Shown piece by piece: positions 1 to 6,684 of a stretch of DNA of 14,038 nt. How positions within the stretch are numbered: position 1 is the stretch's first letter; each line of letters starts with the position of its first letter. The stretch is from positions 1-14,038 of the forward strand of contig JBBCAV010000369.1 in NCBI GenBank assembly GCA_051382305.1, read 5' to 3'. This stretch comes from Bdellovibrionota bacterium FG-2. GTDB taxonomy: Bacteria; Bdellovibrionota; UBA1018. Position numbers and translations under genes: made by a program. Below the pieces are notes generated by a model, which worked only from the letters and a program-made list of their open reading frames with translations, ran no database searches and was not told the origin of the DNA.

Positions 1-38
1 ACATGATCTGGGAAATCAGCAAATCCGGGAGGCATCAT
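1..38 (-). CDS. Possible 5' end of the next gene of the mla operon (partial, runs off the window)
   Basis: Tandem ATGs at 38 and 35 on the minus strand lie 9 bp after the mlaD stop. The frame is open to the window edge (MMPPGFADFPDH). No clear SD, and too short to identify. Confidence 0.25.
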   Translation of the reverse strand, partial: MMPPGFADFPDH

Positions 39-47
39 GATTGAGAA

Positions 48-851
48 TTATGTAAAATCAATGCCCCGCAGCTTGGTAGCACTTCTTTCTGAGTCAATAC
101 GCCCCGATTTTTTTGATTCTCCTTCTTCGCCCTCTTTGCCTTCTTTGATGGTTTGCCGCACAAGGTTTCGCACGAGCCGATTGCGGTTTGCGCCGCCCAT
201 CAATGCCTTTGCGTCCTCATAGAGTCCTGGGTCGTTGACCAACGCGCCGAGCGTTCCTGTCCCATTGTCAATTTTTTCAAGTATTGCATCGAGGTGACCT
301 ACGGACTTTTTGAGCCCACTAAAAAAGATTTTGCTCTGATTCTCCGATTCAAAGTCTTTAAGCAATCTCTCCATGCTTGTCGCCACCTTCTCCAACGAGA
401 TGATCAGCTGATCCCCCTTGCTGATGAATTGTGTCATGCTTGTTGAGGCCAGTGCAGGAATCTCTGAGTGTTCCGCAAGTAAGCTCTGATCGCTGGCCCC
501 AGGCGAAATGGTCACGTATTTATCGCCTAGAACTCCTTGCGTTGAAATTTCGGCCTTAGACTCTTTTCGAATCCACTGCGCAGCATCTTCTCGTACTGAC
601 AATTCAACGCGCACCTCTTGTTGGCCTTTTTCAAATTTCACTTCATCTACGGTCCCTGCTTGGACTCCGCCGACCACAACTGTGGCTCCCGGGATTAGGC
701 CTTCGACAGATTTGAAGTGAACCATGTAGCTACGCTTACTCTGGGCTAATTGCTGGACGCTTCCCAAAACCAAAACCGCAATCATCACCAGACCTAGCCC
801 AAGGGCGACAAAAATTCCGACTTTGATCTCAATATCCAGCTGTTTTGCCAT
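48..851 (-). CDS. mlaD: MCE/MlaD family protein of a lipid ABC transporter, with helical C-terminal extension
   Basis: N-terminal KVGIFV plus a TM anchor. MCE motifs F..VEGL.PGA.V...GV..G.V and A.IS.QGVLGDKYV.I.PG. Helical tail with G.GTLG.L.ND..LY. Lies downstream of mlaE/mlaF-like genes. Confidence 0.93.
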   Translation of the reverse strand: MAKQLDIEIKVGIFVALGLGLVMIAVLVLGSVQQLAQSKRSYMVHFKSVEGLIPGATVVVGGVQAGTVDEVKFEKGQQEVRVELSVREDAAQWIRKESKAEISTQGVLGDKYVTISPGASDQSLLAEHSEIPALASTSMTQFISKGDQLIISLEKVATSMERLLKDFESENQSKIFFSGLKKSVGHLDAILEKIDNGTGTLGALVNDPGLYEDAKALMGGANRNRLVRNLVRQTIKEGKEGEEGESKKSGRIDSERSATKLRGIDFT

Positions 852-896
852 TCCTCTTTATCAACATGCAAATGTTCGTCCGTTGAGTTCGCCGCT

Positions 897-1631
897 TCAG
901 GCAGCGCCCTTGATGAAGGACTGAACGATGGGGTCCTGCATAAGTTGAAGGTTCGCAGGTGTGTCAATGGCGCGAATCTTTCCGCCGTCAAGGAGCGCAA
1001 TGCGATCGGAAATTTCGAAAGCTGACGGAATATCGTGTGTCACAAAAATCCCAGTGATTCCTCTCTTTTTCAAGCTGCGGATATTATCTAAAAGTCGTTG
1101 CGTGTTCACAGGATCGAGCCCAGCCGTGGGCTCATCAAAGAGAATGATCTCCGGGTCCAGGATGATGGCGCGCGCAAGTCCCGCACGTTTTTGCATTCCT
1201 CCCGAAAGCTCAGCTGGCAGCAATAAGTTTGTCCCTTTCATGTCAATTTTTTCAAGGTTCTCGTTAACCTTACTTAGAATCTCTGTTTCGCTAAGTTTCG
1301 TGTGCTCGCGAAGCGGATAAGCCAGGTTCTCTTCGACGGTGAGAGAATCAAAGAGCGCGCCATTTTGGAAAACGTAGCCGATTCGGGTCCGCACTTTTAA
1401 AAGCGCGCGCTCACTCAAATGAGTGAGCGCGCGCTCTTCAAACAAGATTTCACCTTGATCGGGCTGTTCAAGCCCAATAATTGAGCGCAGGATAATACTT
1501 TTGCCGCTTCCTGAGCCTCCCAAAAGGCCCAAGACTTCACCTTTGAAGAGTTGAAAACTTACCCCTTGATGAACGATTTTTTCACCGAAGGCTTTGTGCA
1601 AATTTCGGACGTCGAGGGCAATTTTTCCCAT
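897..1631 (-). CDS. mlaF: ABC transporter ATP-binding protein, MlaF/Mkl family
   Basis: Walker A GGSGSGKS, Q-loop FQNGALFDSLTV.EN, signature LSGGMQKR, Walker B ILFDEPTAGLDP and H-loop VTHD. SD-like AGGTG overlaps the mlaE stop. Confidence 0.95.
   Translation of the reverse strand: MGKIALDVRNLHKAFGEKIVHQGVSFQLFKGEVLGLLGGSGSGKSIILRSIIGLEQPDQGEILFEERALTHLSERALLKVRTRIGYVFQNGALFDSLTVEENLAYPLREHTKLSETEILSKVNENLEKIDMKGTNLLLPAELSGGMQKRAGLARAIILDPEIILFDEPTAGLDPVNTQRLLDNIRSLKKRGITGIFVTHDIPSAFEISDRIALLDGGKIRAIDTPANLQLMQDPIVQSFIKGAA
1402..1435. repeat. Perfect 16-bp inverted repeat with 2-nt spacer inside the mlaF CDS
   Basis: AGCGCGCGCTCACTCA (1402-1417) - AA - TGAGTGAGCGCGCGCT (1420-1435). The arms are exact reverse complements. 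Confidence 0.9.
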
Positions 1632-1636
1632 AGCAC

Positions 1637-2455
1637 CTAATATTGTGGATAAACGGTAACAATAAAGAACTTGGTTAAAAAGAAATCACTAATCATGATA
1701 AATATGCTCGACGTCACCACGACCCACGTCGTGGTGGATCCTACGGCCTGCGTCCCTCCTTCAGTATTGAGCCCCTTCCAACAGGCGGTGATTGAAATAA
1801 AAAAGGCAAAAACGACAGTCTTTGCCATTCCTGTTAAGAAGTCATACATCCGTAAAGTCTCGGTCGATTTTGCGAAAAAGTATTCGACGTTGATTCCTAG
1901 TTCGGTCGTGCAGACGAGCATCGCGCCAAACAGTCCTATGTAGTCAGCAAAGAGCGTGAGAATGGGCAACGCGATGAGGCTTGCCAGTAGCCTCGGGATT
2001 ACAATTCGTTTGATAGGACTGGTGCCCAATGCCCGAATCGCATCAATTTGCTGGGACACTTTCATAGATGCAACTTCAGAAGCAATCCCCGAGCCGATGC
2101 GTCCAGCAACCAAGAGACTTGTAAAGACGGGTCCCATTTCTCGAATTATGGTGAGGCCTACAATACTGGGGACATAGAGTTTGCCACCGAATTTCGAAAG
2201 CCCATATCCAAACTGCAAAGCCATCACGGATCCCGTGGCAAGCCCGGTGACTAGAACGAGCATAAAGGATTCAACACCAATTGCGTAAATCTGCTGGAGC
2301 GTCAGTGGGATATAGAAGGGTGGCCGAAACAGCTCGATTGCAACCTGGAAACAAAGGACGCCAAAACCTCCGGCAAATCTAATCATCGACAGTGCGCTTT
2401 TTCCTATTCTGCGCAAAAAAGAGAGAGGAGTACTTATGAGAGGTTCTGCGACCAT
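1637..2455 (-). CDS. mlaE: ABC transporter permease, MlaE family
   Basis: Hallmark motifs REMGPVFTSLLVAGRIGSGIASEVASMKVSQQIDAIRALG..P...V.PR and GG...VG..TT..VV, with multiple TM segments. Confidence 0.96.
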   Translation of the reverse strand: MVAEPLISTPLSFLRRIGKSALSMIRFAGGFGVLCFQVAIELFRPPFYIPLTLQQIYAIGVESFMLVLVTGLATGSVMALQFGYGLSKFGGKLYVPSIVGLTIIREMGPVFTSLLVAGRIGSGIASEVASMKVSQQIDAIRALGTSPIKRIVIPRLLASLIALPILTLFADYIGLFGAMLVCTTELGINVEYFFAKSTETLRMYDFLTGMAKTVVFAFFISITACWKGLNTEGGTQAVGSTTTWVVVTSSIFIMISDFFLTKFFIVTVYPQY

Positions 2456-2467
2456 GGTGGCGCGAGC

Positions 2468-3031
2468 TTACTCCTTGATTTTGAGCGAAGCAACGAAATG
2501 AGCAAATGCTGCTTCGCCCTTGGCAAAATATTCGGGGCGCGCGATGAGCATTAGGTCATAGATGCAGGCGCGTCGCTGCAACACGACAGCTCTTAGCATC
2601 ATTTCTTTACCGCCAAGTTTTCCGCGAATAGTTGTTTGGAGCGCAGGGCCCTTGAGGATCGTGATCTCTTCTTCGTCCCGAAGCGTTATATGGGAAACGC
2701 CGAAAAATAGCGGATTAGAAAAACTTTTTAAGTCACCCATGGTATTGCTGGAATGCTGCTCCCGACACGAAGAATTCACTGATATGATCGAAGCGTCGGT
2801 CTTGGACTGATATGCGGCATCAGAAATTCCGATAGTGTTCGCCTCTGCCGTGTTGTCACTCTGAATTTGCACCCAGTCAGAATTTTCGTGAGCGAGATCC
2901 TGGATTTCGTAGTTTTTGGATTTTTCTTCAATGGGTTTGATGTTTCCTAGTAGTAGGCTGCAGGCAGATTGCGACAACATAAAAAGAATCAGGAGCGTTC
3001 GTTGAAATCCAGATTGGGTTAAAGCTATCAT
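2468..3031 (-). CDS. Putative lipoprotein (PsbP/DcrB/DUF1795-like fold suspected), first gene of the mla operon
   Basis: Hydrophobic signal with lipobox-like SQSA-C and two further Cys (VNSSC, ACIYDL). The C-terminal pattern IYDLMLIA.PEYF......F..FV.SLKI resembles PsbP-like proteins. Ends 12 bp before mlaE. Start is ATG 3031 or TTG 3034. Confidence 0.75.
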   Translation of the reverse strand: MIALTQSGFQRTLLILFMLSQSACSLLLGNIKPIEEKSKNYEIQDLAHENSDWVQIQSDNTAEANTIGISDAAYQSKTDASIISVNSSCREQHSSNTMGDLKSFSNPLFFGVSHITLRDEEEITILKGPALQTTIRGKLGGKEMMLRAVVLQRRACIYDLMLIARPEYFAKGEAAFAHFVASLKIKE

Positions 3032-3084
3032 CAAGAATCAACATATAATAGAACGTGCTGCGGCGGCAATCCCGTTGATTCTTG
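3032..3084. promoter_or_regulatory. Divergent promoter region with an 11-bp inverted repeat flanking a TATAAT
   Basis: CAAGAATCAAC (3032-3042) and GTTGATTCTTG (3074-3084) are exact reverse complements with a 31-nt spacer. A perfect TATAAT lies at 3044-3049 on the + strand. The element sits between two divergent operons. Confidence 0.55.
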
Positions 3085-3118
3085 CATTTTTTTAGATACT
3101 AAAGATAGAGTGTCGGCG

Positions 3119-3487
3119 ATGCTAAATCTAAAAGATCTTTTTTTATTGTCAGGGGTTTTCGCGCTGGTGGTACCCGGACTGGGATGTGGCTATCGGCCTA
3201 GAAATACTGAGCTGAGTCCGGGGGGCGCTGCGCAACCCACTTATTCTTGGATTCAACAAAATATTATTTTGCCGAAATGCTCTCAGTGTCATGGCGGGAG
3301 TGGCGGTGAGGATAGTCTTTCAACTCACGAGGCGCTTGCGGATAGTGTGCGGGTCGGCAATCCTGAAAAAAGTGAGTTTTATAAAGAGGTCAGCAGTGGA
3401 GCAATGCCTCCGCTTTCGCCCATGCTAAGTGATGATGAAATTTTGGCTATCTACCTTTGGATTAAGAATGGAGCTTTAAATGATTAA
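3119..3487 (+). CDS. Monoheme c-type cytochrome lipoprotein (planctomycete-type cytochrome c domain-like)
   Basis: Signal with lipobox GLG-C. Heme motif CSQCH at 3278-3292. Pattern I...I....C..CH...V..G.PE.S.....V..G.MPP....L...EI..I..WI..GA, with distal Met in MPP. Start is ATG 3119, or alternatively GTG 3110. Confidence 0.85.
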   Translation: MLNLKDLFLLSGVFALVVPGLGCGYRPRNTELSPGGAAQPTYSWIQQNIILPKCSQCHGGSGGEDSLSTHEALADSVRVGNPEKSEFYKEVSSGAMPPLSPMLSDDEILAIYLWIKNGALND

Positions 3488-4079
3488 TTCTATTTTCGCG
3501 GTTCTCGCTATGGGGTTTTCCTCAAGTATTTTAGCCGCCCCCGCTGCCGCTCCGCTTGAAGTGATCATCCAGAAGGCAAGCGGCAGCGTTGAGTTTCTCG
3601 CGATTGGCCGCCCTAGCGCACTTCGCATTCGAGGAAAAGGCGCGGGGCCTGAGGGAGTGGTCAAAGTCAGTCGCGCAAGTGGGAAGCCCGTGGCACAGGG
3701 TTTGTTGAGATTTGAACTCGCTTTGTTGGACACTGGGATTGATTCGCGGACGGAGCACATGAAGGAAAAGTATTTGGAAGTTGCAAAGTTTCCACAAGCA
3801 GTACTTAGCTTTTCTGATTTGGCGCTTCCCGATTCGAGTCCGGTAAAGGGTAAGGTTGCTTTTAAGGGGGAGTTAACTTTTCATGGCGTAACTCACGCTA
3901 TAGCGGGGAGCTCTGAAATTATGGAAATAGAGAAAAGTTTTGTTGTTGAAGCAGAATTCCCGGTAAAACTGAGTGAGTTTAAAGTTGAGATTCCTAATTT
4001 TGCGGGGATCACGGTGGCCGAAGATGTTACCGTCACTGTTCACTTCGATGCTCCGTTTGCGGCTTCGGGGGTGCGCTGA
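3480..4079 (+). CDS. YceI family periplasmic lipid/polyisoprenoid-binding protein
   Basis: Sec signal peptide. YceI motifs S.VEF, LDTGI..R..HM...YL.V.KFP.A.L and G.LT.HGVT, plus C-terminal ..EF.V..P......VAE.V.V. GGAG SD at 3470-3473 and an 8-bp overlap with the upstream gene. Confidence 0.9.
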   Translation: MINSIFAVLAMGFSSSILAAPAAAPLEVIIQKASGSVEFLAIGRPSALRIRGKGAGPEGVVKVSRASGKPVAQGLLRFELALLDTGIDSRTEHMKEKYLEVAKFPQAVLSFSDLALPDSSPVKGKVAFKGELTFHGVTHAIAGSSEIMEIEKSFVVEAEFPVKLSEFKVEIPNFAGITVAEDVTVTVHFDAPFAASGVR

Positions 4080-5155
4080 TGGTTTTCCGATTTGTTTTTA
4101 TTTTCGTTCTCATCTCTTTTCTCAGTTTCTCGGCACACGCCTTTACCGAAATGGTTCGTCACGGTTACGTCAATTGTATCTCCTGTCATGTGAGCCCGAG
4201 CGGGGGTGGGGCCATGACTCCCTACGGACGGCAGATCTCTTCGACTTTGATGAGTAGCGGCTCTGCAGGAAAAGAAGCTGAGTTCCTCCATTTTTTGCCT
4301 TTGCCGAGCTGGTTGCGTGTGGGCGGTGATGTTCGCGGAGTGGGCATTTATCGAGATACCCCGCAGGTGCGAAATGGTCGCTATCTCTTGATGCAAGCCG
4401 ATCTAGAGGTGGCAGGTGTCTACGGGCCATGGACCGCCGATGTGAGTGCCGGCGCCTATAATGGTGTTGCGCAATCGCGAAAACACTATGTGAACTATAG
4501 ACCCACCGATGAACTCTCGTTTCGGGCGGGGAGGTTTCAGCAAGCATTTGGTCTCATGGCCCCCGATCATCGCTCCTCGATTCAACGTCATTTGGGGTGG
4601 GATGAAGGGAGCGAGAGTTATAACGTTGAGGCGGCGTGGCTAGGAGAGCAGTTTTCAACATTCTTGACTGGAAATTTTGGTCGTCCCGATGATGCGGCCT
4701 TAGATGCCGAAAAGGGAATTTCTGTGCGTCCTGCGATGGCGTTTTGGGATCGCTTTCAAGTGGGGTTGAGTTATTATGCTGGGACCAAGACGGGTCTCAA
4801 TCGGCAAATTGGGGGGCCGTTTGCGGTCTTGGGCTTTACTCCGCGTCTTGCGCTGATGTCAGAATGGGTGCTTCAGAAAACATCGTCGGTCGATACGCGC
4901 TCTCAAAATGGTTTCTCTACGTTGAATCAACTTAACTACGAGCCGCTAAAGGGCCTAGTTTTTTATGTGGAGCAAGAATCAGCGCGGCGGGATTTTTTGG
5001 ATTCGCGAACTCAATTTTCCGCTTACGGTTTGGGCACCCAGTTTTTTCCTCGTCCGCATTTTGAATTTAATTTGTTATGGCAACGGCAAAAGCTCCCTGC
5101 GTTTCCTCTTGATTGGAGCGAGTACGTGACGGTACAGTCGCATTATTATTTTTAG
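4079..5155 (+). CDS. Outer-membrane beta-barrel with N-terminal c-type heme-binding site (cytochrome-porin fusion)
   Basis: Signal peptide ending AHA. CISCH at 4175-4189, 12 residues into the predicted mature protein. Amphipathic beta-strands, the porin-like FRAGRF..AFGL motif and a C-terminal aromatic beta-signal (VQSHYYF). TGATG coupling to yceI. Confidence 0.82.
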   Translation: MVFRFVFIFVLISFLSFSAHAFTEMVRHGYVNCISCHVSPSGGGAMTPYGRQISSTLMSSGSAGKEAEFLHFLPLPSWLRVGGDVRGVGIYRDTPQVRNGRYLLMQADLEVAGVYGPWTADVSAGAYNGVAQSRKHYVNYRPTDELSFRAGRFQQAFGLMAPDHRSSIQRHLGWDEGSESYNVEAAWLGEQFSTFLTGNFGRPDDAALDAEKGISVRPAMAFWDRFQVGLSYYAGTKTGLNRQIGGPFAVLGFTPRLALMSEWVLQKTSSVDTRSQNGFSTLNQLNYEPLKGLVFYVEQESARRDFLDSRTQFSAYGLGTQFFPRPHFEFNLLWQRQKLPAFPLDWSEYVTVQSHYYF

Positions 5156-5163
5156 GAGCACTT

Positions 5164-5604
5164 ATGAACCTTACCCTTACCTGGAACGATAAGATGAGTT
5201 TCGAAGCCGACATTCGCGGTAAAGTAGTCCCGATGGATGTTAAGCCCGAATCCGGGGGCGATGATTCTGGACCTACCCCCAAAGAGCTTGTGCTCGCGGG
5301 CCTTGCGGGTTGCACCGGTATGGACGTAGCCTATGTGCTAAATAAAATGCGCGCAGAATTTAGTGGGATCTCCATCGACGCAGATGCTCAAACCACAAAA
5401 GGTGAGCCTTCCGTGTTTGATACCGTTCATCTCATTTACAACGTGACCTCACCAAGCTTGCCTGAAGATAAACTGATGCGGGCGGTGGAACTTTCCCAAA
5501 CGAAGTATTGCGGCGTGAGTGCGATGATCGCAAAATCTGCGCGAATTAATTATGAAGTAAGGCTCAATGGGAAAACGATTGGAACGGGCGCCGCGAAGTT
5601 CTAG
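5164..5604 (+). CDS. OsmC/YhfA family protein
   Basis: Motifs GG.D.GPTPKEL.LAGLAGCTGMDV and AVELS..KYC.V carry the two conserved Cys. AGGAG SD at 5154-5158 overlaps the upstream TAG and supports ATG 5164. Confidence 0.93.
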   Translation: MNLTLTWNDKMSFEADIRGKVVPMDVKPESGGDDSGPTPKELVLAGLAGCTGMDVAYVLNKMRAEFSGISIDADAQTTKGEPSVFDTVHLIYNVTSPSLPEDKLMRAVELSQTKYCGVSAMIAKSARINYEVRLNGKTIGTGAAKF

Positions 5605-5614
5605 ACCGCCAGCC

Positions 5615-6619
5615 TTACCACGTAAACATCATGGATGCTGCCGTAAAGAACCCTGAAGTTAAGTCAAAAGTCTGTGGATCGGCTGAAGCCATCCCTTCAG
5701 AACCCCACACGGATCGTCCGACTGTCCAGTCAAAGCTTGCGCGGCCCACATGAAATCCTGCTCCCAGTCGACCCGTCGTAGAATCGAGTTGGCTCTGATC
5801 TCCCACGCGATCGAAGATGCGATAGGATAGCCCCGCGCGCAGTGTGAGCCACACTGCAGGATCTGCCTCAACTGAAAAATCAAGGGGCACGACAGAACGG
5901 CCTTGCGCGGTAGAGCGAAAGAAGCCTAGTGCCGTGTTTGTTTTGATTCCTTCCGCAAGTTTTGCGTTTCGGGCAATTCCGGACCCAAAGGAGCGGGTGA
6001 GGGTTCCGTTAGTTTCGGTAGCGCGATAAGCAATATAGGGAACCCATTCGCCCCATTTGTAGCGCGTTCCGAGAGACCATCCCTTATAGGTGTTGTCTGC
6101 CACGATCCGTTCAGTTCCCTTGAGTTTGTAGGAAAAGAAGGGTTCAAATTCCGCGAACTGAATGCCCCCGCGAAGGGTCATATCTGAATCGGATTTGCCT
6201 TCCGTAGAGAATCCAGCTGTCGCCAGAGAAACTCCCCATTTAACGCCCATGTCAGAGCCTAAAAGGATTTCAATAGGGCGCATGTCCGGACCCGTGGCGT
6301 AGGGTTCAGCAATCGTTTGCCTGCGATTCATGTAGACGCCAAAACTAAAATTGAAAAAAGAGTTGATGAAGCCGCCTTGGGCCGTGAGGCCTGGGAAATT
6401 GGATTTCTCAATGATCCCAAAATTCTTGAAATCGTTAACATAGGAGGGATTGTAGAAAATGTTGTACTCGGTGTCATAGTACAAGCTCCCCCCGTTGAGG
6501 ATCAGGCCAGCGTCTCCCGTTCCAAGGGCTAATTCTCGGGCGCGAGAAGCGAAGACGGGACGCTCAAAACTCAATATAAATAGACCGGCGATTAGGGCAG
6601 AGGTGATGAATCGGTTCAT
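5615..6619 (-). CDS. Outer-membrane beta-barrel protein, Bdellovibrio major-OMP (PopA)-like or FadL/PorV-like N-terminus
   Basis: Signal peptide ending VFA. Mature N-terminus SRARELALG...GSLYYD...NIFYNPS.VN, alternating beta-strand pattern, C-terminal W. AGGAG SD at 6630-6634. Confidence 0.8.
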   Translation of the reverse strand: MNRFITSALIAGLFILSFERPVFASRARELALGTGDAGLILNGGSLYYDTEYNIFYNPSYVNDFKNFGIIEKSNFPGLTAQGGFINSFFNFSFGVYMNRRQTIAEPYATGPDMRPIEILLGSDMGVKWGVSLATAGFSTEGKSDSDMTLRGGIQFAEFEPFFSYKLKGTERIVADNTYKGWSLGTRYKWGEWVPYIAYRATETNGTLTRSFGSGIARNAKLAEGIKTNTALGFFRSTAQGRSVVPLDFSVEADPAVWLTLRAGLSYRIFDRVGDQSQLDSTTGRLGAGFHVGRASFDWTVGRSVWGSEGMASADPQTFDLTSGFFTAASMMFTW

Positions 6620-6650
6620 TGGGTGAAGTCTCCTGTGTCTTGTATCCTAT

Positions 6651-6684
6651 ATCTTAAGCTTGAACGAAATAAGCCGCCTGTCAA
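6651..6684 (-). promoter_or_regulatory. Possible sigma70 promoter for the outer-membrane barrel gene
   Basis: A perfect TTGACA (6684-6679) overlaps the ROK stop codon. Candidate -10 boxes are CAAGCT (16-nt spacer) or TAAGAT (6656-6651, 22-nt spacer, too long). Confidence 0.35.

Noticed and set aside
1715-1736. 9-bp inverted repeat CACCACGAC-ccac-GTCGTGGTG in mlaE
   Set aside because: Largely explained by complementary Thr (ACN) and Val (GTN) codons in the conserved TTT.VVV segment of MlaE.
3075-3088. Canonical FNR box upstream of the cytochrome operon
   Set aside because: Only the TTGAT half-site is present. The second half reads GCATT, not ATCAA.
5113-5163. ORF-track extension of the OsmC gene from TTG 5113
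   Set aside because: It overlaps the barrel gene's C-terminus. The AGGAG SD and family length support ATG 5164.
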